This document shows, piece after piece, positions 9,555 through 18,447 of a DNA stretch of 64,000 nt. Positions within the stretch are counted from its first letter, which is position 1; every line of letters begins with the position of its first letter. Source of the DNA: Candidatus Latescibacterota bacterium (GTDB lineage: Bacteria; Latescibacterota; UBA2968; UBA8231); contig CBDCXV010000011.1 of assembly GCA_965223905.1 (NCBI GenBank), positions 1,376,001 through 1,440,000 on the forward strand, written 5' to 3'. The notes under the pieces are model-generated. The model worked only from the letters and a program-made list of their open reading frames with translations, did no database searches and was not told where the DNA came from. The position numbers were made by a program, and so were the translations under genes.

Positions 9555-10051
9555 TTGGGTCCTCCTGTCGCTTCGGTATATGTCACGGGACGGGTCAGGG
9601 ATCCGGCAGGGGGGATTTCCACCCTGTCGAGGCCCGGCGCCAAATGTACGCAACCGATGCCGGAAGACCGGATTAGCCAGCGGCGGGTGCCTCCCGAGCC
9701 GGCATTGCTAGAATTGAAGTCGGACGGATCAGGAGCAGGCACTCCGACCGCCGAAAATCAATGGAATTATAGAAAAATTCCTGATTCCGCTTGATGAATT
9801 TGAGTATTGGTATGCCGGTTAGCCGTAAACCATGTCCTGGTTCTGCATGGACCCGTCGGCTTCTTGACTGCACGGGACATTGACAAGAATCCCATGATAC
9901 TTGCCCCCGGAGGGGGAGCGGTCATCCTGGTCCTGCCTGCGAAGTCATGTGCACTGAATATCCCTGAGGAATCGTTGATGGTCTTGAGCGCCTACAGGTC
10001 CTATGTCAGGTCAGCGCATCAGCCTGACGGATCCTTACGACGCCTTCGTCA

Positions 10052-10081
10052 TTGACAGTTGACAGCGAAGTCCTATATATT
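10052..10081 (+). promoter_or_regulatory. Sigma70-like promoter of the low-GC islet
   Basis: TTGACA at 10052 (second copy at 10059) and TATATT at 10076. Confidence 0.45.
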
Positions 10082-10373
10082 AAAGACTGCTTGGTCCTCC
10101 TAACGTGTTGGTAGGCAATTGGTTACAACAGGAGTCCGCCATGGTGGAGCAGCCAACTACCCCAAAGGTACCCCGACTGGGAGAAGAGGAGGGAAAGCCG
10201 GAGCAGTCCATGAAGGTAAACGACAACCCCGGTTAGGTTGGCCGGGCAACCTTCGCCATGCCCGGCTTCCGGATCCGTCACACAGGATCCGAAACCAGCC
10301 GAAGGAAAAAGCCCAAGACTAATGAGGTATCATCACCTACAGTGAGACTAAATGTCAACGGAGGGATAGCAAA

Positions 10374-10913
10374 ATGGCCGAACAAGTGCAAATCCCTTAC
10401 GTCTCCGATGTCACGAGACAAACCGCTTGGGAGCAAATGTGGGACATTGATAGGTACATTCGATACTATGGTATTCTTGCGGTTCGAAATCAGCGCAAAC
10501 ATAATTGGTTGCGTCTAGGGCTGATTGTTTTTGCGACTGCCGGTAGTCTCATTGCCTTTACCGAATCCTATCTATGGCTAACTCCTATTCTCATTGGGGC
10601 AATGACAGCCGCTTATACCGTGTGGGATCAAATAGCTGCATATCAAATGAGATCACAAGCGGCTTCAACCATTAAGCGAGAGCTGAATGAGTTATCAATC
10701 CAATACAGGTCCCTGTGGAACGCCATCGAGACCTATGACATTCTTGATTCAGAAGTAAGGCGTCAACTAGTAGCATTACATGAGAAAGAAACACAGATAA
10801 CAAGCCGTGGAGATTTACAGGGGTTACATACGAATAACAGACTGAATAAAAAATGTTCCCAACAGGCATTTGACCTAATTGGCAATCAGGTAGAATCACC
10901 CAATGCCGCCTGA
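10374..10913 (+). CDS. Two-TM SLATT-like membrane protein
   Basis: 179 aa; helix, two adjacent hydrophobic segments (WLRLGLIVFATAGSLIAF; LWLTPILIGAMTAAYTVW), then helical C-terminus; low GC; GGAGG upstream. Confidence 0.6.
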   Translation: MAEQVQIPYVSDVTRQTAWEQMWDIDRYIRYYGILAVRNQRKHNWLRLGLIVFATAGSLIAFTESYLWLTPILIGAMTAAYTVWDQIAAYQMRSQAASTIKRELNELSIQYRSLWNAIETYDILDSEVRRQLVALHEKETQITSRGDLQGLHTNNRLNKKCSQQAFDLIGNQVESPNAA

Positions 10914-11043
10914 AAGAAGATTTGCGGGCCCTCCAAGACCCATTAAACCTCCTTCTGCCCCTCCACGCCCACAACCTCCTGCCAATCCTCAACCAGCGCA
11001 AAAACCTCCTCCTAAGCAGGACCCACCAAAACCGAAGGAATAA
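10903..11043 (+). CDS. 46-aa proline-rich microprotein
   Basis: Hand translation MPPERRFAGPPRPIKPPSAPPRPQPPANPQPAQKPPPKQDPPKPKE*; overlaps the end of the SLATT-like gene. Confidence 0.5.
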   Translation: MPPERRFAGPPRPIKPPSAPPRPQPPANPQPAQKPPPKQDPPKPKE

Positions 11044-11048
11044 CTGAA

Positions 11049-11324
11049 TTGGACGTAGATGACTCCAAATTAGTTCCATACATGAATGAAGTATGTGTAG
11101 GAAGGAATTGGCCGGAGAAGAAGAAGGCTCTGGAAGAGAGCGAGATAGCGGAAAGTCTTGTTGTATCGACAAGCAAATACGGGGACTGGTGCCATCTCCT
11201 GCTTATATTGAAGGATCGATCAATACGGCGTATTCGCATTCAAAGTAGTGATCTCAGTAGTGATCTCAGAAAAAGAAATGCACTTGAGTTTGTAAACGAT
11301 CTCAGGTGGTGTCTTTTGGGTTGA
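11049..11324 (+). CDS. Small hypothetical protein
   Basis: 91 aa ORF 5 nt after the previous stop (AAGGA RBS), followed by a terminator; contains a 12-bp tandem duplication AGTAGTGATCTC. Confidence 0.5.
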   Translation: MDVDDSKLVPYMNEVCVGRNWPEKKKALEESEIAESLVVSTSKYGDWCHLLLILKDRSIRRIRIQSSDLSSDLRKRNALEFVNDLRWCLLG

Positions 11325-11354
11325 TCTAATCGGCGCTTGTAGTCCCCGATCTCC

Positions 11355-11390
11355 AAAGCCCCCTCGATTTCAATCGAGCGGGCTTTTCTT
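11355..11390 (+). terminator. Intrinsic terminator (possibly bidirectional)
   Basis: Hairpin AAAGCCCcCTCGATT-tc-AATCGAGcGGGCTTT followed by TCTT, between convergent genes. Confidence 0.75.
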
Positions 11391-11508
11391 GTGCTGTTCA
11401 TTTCAACCGAGATGAGATCCTGCCGGACCCGTGACGACTGCGCCGCTCCCCACGGGACGAACATCTCCCGGTCGATCTGGTGCGCAACAGCCGTGAATGG
11501 GCACCCGC

Positions 11509-14500
11509 TCAACCGGAGGCGTCCGCTTCCCTTTCGATTGCGGCCTGCTCGATTCGCATGCGGCGGTTTCCGGTCTCGTACGCCGCCAGGCCCCGCACCG
11601 GTTCGTCGGGGCCGCGGCCGAGCCGGCCCCTGACGGTTACCCCGCCCGGCAATCGGAAGGAGTACCCGACCGGACCGTTCCCCGGTTCCGGGGATATGGT
11701 CCTTGCCGGAGGCTCCGGCCTGCCCTGGGGAATGACCCGGTAGCGTTGCCCCGCCACGGTTGCGAAACGCAGCAGGTCCCCTTCCAGCAGAGTTCCGACC
11801 CCGGCGGCCTCCCCTCTTCCTTCCGGCACAGTCACCTCAGCTGCGGAGTCTCCTTCTCCGGCCCCTGCATCGGTTTGCAGACAGGGTCCGCCCGTAGCGT
11901 CACCTTCCCCTGCCAAGGTCTCGTTGGCCGCCGCCTCCCCTTCCAGCAGGGTTTCGTCCCCGGCGGCACCCCCCCTTTCTTCCAGCAAGCTGTCCCCCGC
12001 GGCGTCCTCCCCTGCTCCGTCCGGCATGTTCCCGTCAGTTGCGGCCGCCCCTTCCCCATCCGGTATGGACCCGGCCGCGTCGGCGTCCCCGGCGGCCTTC
12101 CCTTCCCCGGCCCCGCTCAGCAGACACGGCCCACCCCAGGGATTGCGCAGGCGGCACTCCTCCCCGAGCCGCGACTCGATCTCGACGAGCTCCACCTCCC
12201 CCTTGCGGATCGACGACGTAACCAGGAAACCGCCCCGGGCCAGCAGGCGGAACGAGGCCTCCCATTCCTTCGGCCAGGCCGGAAACACGCTGATGACCTC
12301 CGGCTCCCCGGGCCGCGGGGACACGCTCTGCATCAGCCCCTGCTGCAAGGTCCCGGCCGCCATCCCGGAGGGCTCGAGGCCCATCGACTGGATCCCCTGC
12401 TCGAAGCAGCTGAGACCGTTGGCGAGGTAGGGCCTGTACACGCTGTAGTGGGCGGCGAGCAGGGCGGGCAGCTCCTCGCCGCGGCCGGCCAGGGGAAAAG
12501 CGATCGGGGTGCGCACCAGCGACGGCCGCCAGTGCCTGCCGGTCATCGCCTTGCGGTGGTTGGGGCAGAGGTCGAGCAGCCGCCGCACCATCGCCGCTTG
12601 CGCATCGTCGCCGCTTTCCAGGGTCCAGGCCTCGAAGGTCTCGACCGGGTGCGCCCAGACGTCCTCGCTCGGGAAGTCCTCCCCGGGGACGTCGATATGG
12701 CCGAGGTGGCCGGCGGCCCAGACGTCGTCGGCCAGGGTTCCGAAGGTCAGGGCCCTCGACTCCGGGTCGCTCCCCATCGGGTAGGGGGCGAGGTGCTCCA
12801 GCAGGTCCCGCCAGCGCTCCCGCAGGCCGGCGTCGACCCCGAGGATCTCCGCGGCGCGGATGGCGGGCCCGGCGATGCCGCGGATCGCCGCCAGGTCCTT
12901 GAGGCTGTCCTTCACCAGGTAGAAGGACTCCATGACGTTGGTCCCCTCCAGGTGGTAGAGGCCGTCCTCCTCCTTGACGGCGAGGTGCCGGTAGAGCTCG
13001 GCGGCGCCGCGCAGCAGCGGATACGCCCTGTCGCGCAGCCAGTCCTGGTCGCCGGTGCGGCGGTACCGCCACCAGGCGTGCAAGGCGATCTTGCTGCCTG
13101 TCGAGACGATGTGGCCAATGGCGGCGAACGGCCGCAGTCCCCGGCGCGCCTCCTCCTCCTTGTTGCCGTCGAACGCCGAGCTGTAGTAGAGGTGGGAGTC
13201 GTGCTGGCAGAGGACGCGGGTGCGCGCCGACAGGGTGCCGCTGCCGGCCCTGCCGAGGAAGTAGCCGCGGAACTCCCGGGCGCACTCTTCGGGCACCAGC
13301 ACCGGTCCGTCCGCGGGGCTGGTCTCGGGGAACAGGGCGCCTGCCGCCACCCCCCAGCGCTGCCGGGCCGCCTCCTCGCACAGGGGCAGCTGGCGCGAGT
13401 ACATGTCGAAGTAGGGCTCGCACAGGTCGACGGCGTCGGCGGCCTGGAGCGGCCGGTACATCATCTCGACGATCCAGTGCCAGAGCTGGGTGCCGAGATG
13501 GGGGATGTCCCCCTCGGTCTGGAAGATCAGTCCGGCCCCCTGCGGCACCGGACCGGGGCCGCGCGACGAGGAGGCGGCGTAGTACAGGTGCAGGGTGCGG
13601 ACGCGCTCGAGGTAGTCGGCGAAGCCGTCGTCGCTGGTCAGGTGCACGAAGGACCGCGACCAGAACCGGTGCCACCATGCCGCGTGCTCCTCCCGCAGCG
13701 ACTCCCAGGAGAGGCCGGCCGCGGCGTCGAGCAGCTCCAGGGCCTTTTCGCCGGTGCCCCCGGCGTCCGGGCCTGCTGTCGCAGCGCTGGAGACGAGCAC
13801 CGTGCGGACTCCGTTCGCCGCAGGGAGAACCAGGGTGCGCGCCTCGGGCCGGCCCTTGGAGATCGCCTCGCGCTCGTTGGTGATACCGAGCGGCTTCTCG
13901 TCCCACAGCAAGGCCGCCGGCTTCCAGGCCGCCTCGTGCGCCTCGACCCGGGGCTCGGCCCCGGGGACCGCGACCGCAACCGCGGACCCGGCGCGGTACT
14001 CCTCGTCGCGGAAGAACCGCTTCTCCTCGAACTCCTGCACCACCAGCAGCTTGCCGTCCGGGTCTGAGAACCGGTAGCGGGCCGTGTGCACCCCGGTCTC
14101 GATCTCCTCAGGGATCCAGCGCTTGGCGTTCCAGAGATTGAGGGGCGTGATCACCTCTGGAGCCCGCCACATCGACAGGGTCACGCGGATTTCCCGAGGC
14201 CGCGGGCGCCGGTCGTCGACCTCTACGGCCAGCAGGTCGCGGGCCGAGGAGAGGAAGCAGCGCACCTGCACCCCGCCGCCGGAGAGGACGCACTCGGCGT
14301 CGTACAGGGAGAGGTGCTGGCGGAAGGCATCTCCGACAGCGAACGCCTCGCCGCCCACATCCACCTCGAGGCGGGCGCAGCCGCCGCGGTAGTCGACGGG
14401 GCTGCGGTGCGCGCCGGCGTGGTTGCGGTCCGAGGAGAAGAGGTCGCGCCGGTTGAGGTGGAAGCGCACCGAGTCCGGGGTCGTCCAGACTGTCGTCCCC

Positions 14501-14742
14501 ATCATGCCGTTGCCGATCGGGGTCCCGTCGATCGACACCTCCGCGGGGCTGTGGTAGACGAGGTCGGCGCACGAGACCAGGGCGCGGTAATCGACTGCGA
14601 TCCCGTCAACCATCCGGGGTGTTCCGGGGCGGGGATACGGCTGAAGATTTACCCATCCCGGGCCCGTGGAGCTCTGGTTTTCACTTCCCCCCGGCTGACC
14701 GTGGGGCTTTGCTTCGATGGGTCGCGTGCCGTATCGGGACAT
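11509..14742 (-). CDS. GH95-like/DUF5703-type (alpha/alpha)6 glycoside hydrolase
   Basis: 1077 aa; PIGNGMMG N-terminus, H..WW..FWSRS, YPLLRGAAELY, VFPAWPKEWEASFRLLARGGFLVTS and RLRNPW typical of GH95-like C-termini. Confidence 0.7.
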   Translation of the reverse strand: MSRYGTRPIEAKPHGQPGGSENQSSTGPGWVNLQPYPRPGTPRMVDGIAVDYRALVSCADLVYHSPAEVSIDGTPIGNGMMGTTVWTTPDSVRFHLNRRDLFSSDRNHAGAHRSPVDYRGGCARLEVDVGGEAFAVGDAFRQHLSLYDAECVLSGGGVQVRCFLSSARDLLAVEVDDRRPRPREIRVTLSMWRAPEVITPLNLWNAKRWIPEEIETGVHTARYRFSDPDGKLLVVQEFEEKRFFRDEEYRAGSAVAVAVPGAEPRVEAHEAAWKPAALLWDEKPLGITNEREAISKGRPEARTLVLPAANGVRTVLVSSAATAGPDAGGTGEKALELLDAAAGLSWESLREEHAAWWHRFWSRSFVHLTSDDGFADYLERVRTLHLYYAASSSRGPGPVPQGAGLIFQTEGDIPHLGTQLWHWIVEMMYRPLQAADAVDLCEPYFDMYSRQLPLCEEAARQRWGVAAGALFPETSPADGPVLVPEECAREFRGYFLGRAGSGTLSARTRVLCQHDSHLYYSSAFDGNKEEEARRGLRPFAAIGHIVSTGSKIALHAWWRYRRTGDQDWLRDRAYPLLRGAAELYRHLAVKEEDGLYHLEGTNVMESFYLVKDSLKDLAAIRGIAGPAIRAAEILGVDAGLRERWRDLLEHLAPYPMGSDPESRALTFGTLADDVWAAGHLGHIDVPGEDFPSEDVWAHPVETFEAWTLESGDDAQAAMVRRLLDLCPNHRKAMTGRHWRPSLVRTPIAFPLAGRGEELPALLAAHYSVYRPYLANGLSCFEQGIQSMGLEPSGMAAGTLQQGLMQSVSPRPGEPEVISVFPAWPKEWEASFRLLARGGFLVTSSIRKGEVELVEIESRLGEECRLRNPWGGPCLLSGAGEGKAAGDADAAGSIPDGEGAAATDGNMPDGAGEDAAGDSLLEERGGAAGDETLLEGEAAANETLAGEGDATGGPCLQTDAGAGEGDSAAEVTVPEGRGEAAGVGTLLEGDLLRFATVAGQRYRVIPQGRPEPPARTISPEPGNGPVGYSFRLPGGVTVRGRLGRGPDEPVRGLAAYETGNRRMRIEQAAIEREADASG
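11780..12115 (-). repeat. Degenerate ~33-39-bp intragenic tandem repeats encoding an acidic G/A/E/D linker
   Basis: Units such as DGEGAAATDGNMP / DGAGEDAAGDSLL / EERGGAAGDETLL / EGRGEAAGVGTLL; GGPCL occurs twice. Confidence 0.6.
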
Positions 14743-14997
14743 TTCTAAAGGTGTTATCCTTCCTTTGGTCCGGATTGGGGAAATCGGAGTTCGGCGGTTT
14801 CGCCCCTCCAGTCACACTGAAGCGTTTTCCGGCTTGATCTTTTCCCGGAGGAGCTCGATCCGGATGCCATCCCAACTCGATCACTCCTTTCAAACAATGC
14901 CTTCTCCGGCGCAACCAAAAACCGGTCGATGGTTCCTCTGCAAGCCAGCCCGCAGGCCGGCAGCCCGGAGGGAGAACCGGCCGACAGGGACCACGCC

Positions 14998-16221
14998 ATG
15001 AACAGGGACGAGCTTCACGCCAAAGCGGTCCGCCTGGAGCGGGAGCTTCGGGAGACCCGCGAACTTCTGCGCCGGGCCTGCCACGACCCCGGTGCTTTCA
15101 CCGCGGAGCTGGTGCGCACTCGCGCCTACGCTTTCAACGCCGCACGACCGGTCGCCGAGGTGGTGAGCGGTTGTGCCGATTCCCTGGACCGGTACGGGTT
15201 CTGCGTCATCGACAAGGTGATCCCGGACGGGGAGGTGGAGGCCATCCGGGAGGAGGTGGCAGCGGCCCGGGACGTCATCTCCCGCAACATCCAGGCGATC
15301 AGAGAGCTTTCTGATAAAGATGCGCCGCCGGAAGGCGCCGTAGGGGGAGTGGAGCTGCGCCCGGTGCGCCGCCTCGGGCACCCGCCCAAACCTCCCAACG
15401 ACATCGTCCGGATGCCCCGCTTCGCCCGCCATCTGGCTTCCCCGGTTGTAACCGCCCTGGCGCGCTGCGTCCTCGACGACCACCTGCGCATCGCCCAGCT
15501 GCATCCGCGCATCGTCGAGGCGGGCAAGCCCGACGCAACCGGGGTGGCGGCCCACCGGGAACACCCCGTCGTGCGCGGATGGCACACGGACTGGCCCCAC
15601 GACCTGTCGGCCTACGGCATGGGATCTCCCCTGGAAAACGCCGGCTGCATCCGCCAGCCTTTCCCGGACGTAACCATGTGTCTGGTGATGATCTGGTATC
15701 TCACCGACGTCGATGAAAACTCCGGCGGCACCTGGGCTGTCCCCGGATCGCACAAGGACAAACGCAACCCGCGCGGCCCCGGCGACGGCATCATGGTCAC
15801 CGCTCCGATCCCCGGTGACATGCAAGTGAGGGCGAAGGCCGGATCGGTCTATATCCAGGACTCCCGTACCTGGCATGCCTCCCCCCGGTACAACCGCAGC
15901 GGCCGGGACCGGGTGGCCATGGTGACCCGCTGGTGTCCCTGGTGGTTGTCGGTCGACGACTACGCCCCGGGCGATGCCTTCAGCACCAGCATCGTCTGCC
16001 GGCCGCTCTCCCACGAGGAGTATCTCGCCCTGCCTGAGGCCCTGCGGCCGCTGATGAGGCACCTCTGTCCCGGTGAGCGGGACACCCTGCAGCAGCCGGT
16101 GCTCGACCGCTCCGAGGCGGCCCATCGTCAGAACCAGCGGGGATTCCGCCTGCTGGAGGAAAACCCGCAAGCCCTGGCACAGGCCAACGCCCACATCCGG
16201 GTCCCGGTGGAGGATCGGTGA
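14998..16221 (+). CDS. Phytanoyl-CoA dioxygenase (PhyH) family Fe(II)/2OG oxygenase
   Basis: YGFCVID, WHTD, GGTWAVPGSH, AGSVYIQDSRTWH, R of RVAM. Confidence 0.88.
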   Translation: MNRDELHAKAVRLERELRETRELLRRACHDPGAFTAELVRTRAYAFNAARPVAEVVSGCADSLDRYGFCVIDKVIPDGEVEAIREEVAAARDVISRNIQAIRELSDKDAPPEGAVGGVELRPVRRLGHPPKPPNDIVRMPRFARHLASPVVTALARCVLDDHLRIAQLHPRIVEAGKPDATGVAAHREHPVVRGWHTDWPHDLSAYGMGSPLENAGCIRQPFPDVTMCLVMIWYLTDVDENSGGTWAVPGSHKDKRNPRGPGDGIMVTAPIPGDMQVRAKAGSVYIQDSRTWHASPRYNRSGRDRVAMVTRWCPWWLSVDDYAPGDAFSTSIVCRPLSHEEYLALPEALRPLMRHLCPGERDTLQQPVLDRSEAAHRQNQRGFRLLEENPQALAQANAHIRVPVEDR

Positions 16222-16243
16222 CGCCGGGGGAGCGAGAGTGCGC

Positions 16244-16609
16244 ATGAGCCGCAAGAGCGAAACCTGCTTCGGCAGCCGGACAGCCGGGCCGCTGACCGAG
16301 TACGACTCGGAATTCGACGCCCGGGAAGCGGCCGAGTACGCCAACAGCCGCTACCGCAGGAACCTGGCCCCGTACCGGTGCGACCGCTGCGGCATGTGGC
16401 ATCTCGCACCCGGCAGCAGGAACACCCCGAGCCGGCCGTGCGGCTACTGCACCGGCAGGGACGGCCTGCCCAAGGAGTCCTACCGCAGCCGCGAGGCCGC
16501 GGCCCTCCGGGCGGAGATCCTGCGCAAGGAAGAAGGGGCTTCGCTGCAGGTGTACGCCTGCCAGTACGGCGACGGCTGGCACCTCACCGGCAGCCGCCGG
16601 CGGCCTTGA
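16244..16609 (+). CDS. Small protein with two tandem C3H zinc-finger-like repeats
   Basis: 121 aa; C...Y.S...A...YRCDRCGMWHL and C...YRS...A...YACQYGDGWHL. Confidence 0.7.
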   Translation: MSRKSETCFGSRTAGPLTEYDSEFDAREAAEYANSRYRRNLAPYRCDRCGMWHLAPGSRNTPSRPCGYCTGRDGLPKESYRSREAAALRAEILRKEEGASLQVYACQYGDGWHLTGSRRRP

Positions 16610-16646
16610 GGGGCGTCACCAAGTTTCACCGGAACGGAAAATCATC

Positions 16647-17417
16647 ATGCCCCCCGATATCGACCGCTGCGTCGAGGAAGTCCTGACCAGGGGCCACTGC
16701 CTGCTTGAGAACCAGTTTCCCCGCGACGCCGTCGAGGCCTGCCGCGCCGGGTTTCTCCCCCTTCTCCAGGAGGTGGCCCGCCGCATCCCGGAAGGGAACC
16801 GCGGCCCCAACCGCTGGGCCATCGGCCTGCCGTTCGCGCCCCCCTTCTATCACTCCGCCTTCTTTCTGGACGAGACCGTCAACCGGATCTGCAGCCGCAT
16901 CCTCGGGGACGACATGCACGTCGTCTACTACGGCACCGACACCCCGGTCGCCGGCTCGGGGTATCAGAAGGTCCACGCCGACATACCGATGCTGTTCCCG
17001 GAGGACCCGGCCCACAGGCATCCCCCCGCGACCCTGTCGGTGCGCTTCACCTTCGGCGACATGACGATGGAGAACGGGCCTTTCGAAGTGGCACCGGGTA
17101 TGCAGCACCTGCCGCGGCAGGAGACGCTCGCCCGGCTGGAATCAGGGGACCTGCCGCTCGAACCGCTGCTGCTAAAGGTCGGGGACGTGATCGTGTCGGA
17201 CGCCCGCACTCCGCATCGAGGCACCCCCAACCATACCAGCGAGCCGCGGCCGTTCGCCGTCATCGTATACAACCGCTCCTGGTACTTCACCGAGTCTATG
17301 GACGCCCGCGAGCTGGAGGCCAACGAGAAAACTCCGAGGCTCACCGAGTCCTTCTACCGGTCACTGTCGGAGAAGGAGCAGTTCCTGCTGCGCCGGCTGA
17401 GGCGGGAGCGGGAGTAG
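16647..17417 (+). CDS. PhyH family dioxygenase
   Basis: QKVHAD, ENGPFEVAPG, GDVIVSDARTPHRGTPN. Confidence 0.88.
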   Translation: MPPDIDRCVEEVLTRGHCLLENQFPRDAVEACRAGFLPLLQEVARRIPEGNRGPNRWAIGLPFAPPFYHSAFFLDETVNRICSRILGDDMHVVYYGTDTPVAGSGYQKVHADIPMLFPEDPAHRHPPATLSVRFTFGDMTMENGPFEVAPGMQHLPRQETLARLESGDLPLEPLLLKVGDVIVSDARTPHRGTPNHTSEPRPFAVIVYNRSWYFTESMDARELEANEKTPRLTESFYRSLSEKEQFLLRRLRRERE

Positions 17418-17443
17418 GTTTTTCTGAGGCGGCCCGAAGGACT

Positions 17444-18415
17444 TCAGTGGACCTTGCGGGCGCGGTAGTCGGCCATGACCTGCTCGGTGCGGCGCAGGAG
17501 GTGCTCGTCCTTCTCGCTGCGCACCGCGGTCGGGTCCATCCCCGACCAGTCGTAGTACCCCTTGCCCGACTTCAGTCCCGTGTCGCCGCGCTCGACCATG
17601 GCCCTGAGATAGGCCAGGGCTTCCTCCCAGCCCCCGAGGTGTCTCCACAGGTGGCCGGCCACGTTCACGTGCATCGCGAGCCCGTTGATGTCGCGCTGCT
17701 TGAGGGGGCCGGCGGTGGTGAACCGCGGGGCCAGGCCCAGCTCGACGGCCAGGTCGATGGACTCGGCGTCGGCCACGCCCGTGACCAGCAGGTTCACGGC
17801 TTCGCAGATCACGGCGTGCTGCAGGCGGTTGCACAGGAAGCCGGGCACGTCCTTCTCGACGCGCAGGGGGATCTTGTCCAGCCGCCGCCAGATCTCGCAG
17901 GAGCGGTCCATGGCCTCGTCCGAGGTCCTGTTCCCGCGGATGACCTCCAGGACGGGGACGATGTGGGCCGGCTGGAAGAAGTGGGAGCCGGCGATGCGGT
18001 CCGGGTGGGCCATGCGCTCGCCGAGCTGGGTGATGGGCAGGCCGGAGGTGTTGCTCGCCAGCACCGTGTCCCGGGGGGCCGCCGCGTCCATGCGCCGAAA
18101 GACCTCCTGCTTGGCCTCGAGGTTCTCCGTGATCGATTCGACGACGAACTGCGCGGTGCCGACGGCTTCCTCCAGCTCCGTGGTGGTGCGGATGCGGCCG
18201 CTCACGGCTTCGGCCGTCTCGCCCTTCAGAAGCTCGTGCCGCTGCAGGTCGCCGGCGCCCCGCCGGATGTTGTCCATGGCCTGGTCCAGGGTCTCCTGGC
18301 GCCGGCTCGCCAGCACCGTTTCCCGGCTGCCGAGGGCCAGCACCAGGGCGATCTGGCTGCCCATGAGGCCGCCTCCGACGACGGCCGACTTCTCGATAAA
18401 CAGATCCGGTTCCAT
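17444..18415 (-). CDS. 3-hydroxyacyl-CoA dehydrogenase family protein
   Basis: Start MEPDLFIEK after GGAGG; GGGLMG, ESITENLEAK, ASNTS, HFFQP, PGFLCNRLQ, KSGKGYY. Confidence 0.92.
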   Translation of the reverse strand: MEPDLFIEKSAVVGGGLMGSQIALVLALGSRETVLASRRQETLDQAMDNIRRGAGDLQRHELLKGETAEAVSGRIRTTTELEEAVGTAQFVVESITENLEAKQEVFRRMDAAAPRDTVLASNTSGLPITQLGERMAHPDRIAGSHFFQPAHIVPVLEVIRGNRTSDEAMDRSCEIWRRLDKIPLRVEKDVPGFLCNRLQHAVICEAVNLLVTGVADAESIDLAVELGLAPRFTTAGPLKQRDINGLAMHVNVAGHLWRHLGGWEEALAYLRAMVERGDTGLKSGKGYYDWSGMDPTAVRSEKDEHLLRRTEQVMADYRARKVH

Positions 18416-18447
18416 TCTCTTCCGCCTCCTTGTGCGGGTTCTCCTGC

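Noticed and set aside
11497-14067. Long antisense or alternative-frame ORFs (e.g. 11497-14067+, 31933-33909+, 25813-27399-, 57512-59491-)
   Set aside because: Shadow ORFs of GC-rich genes: Arg/Pro/Gly-rich, no motifs, overlapping well-supported CDSs
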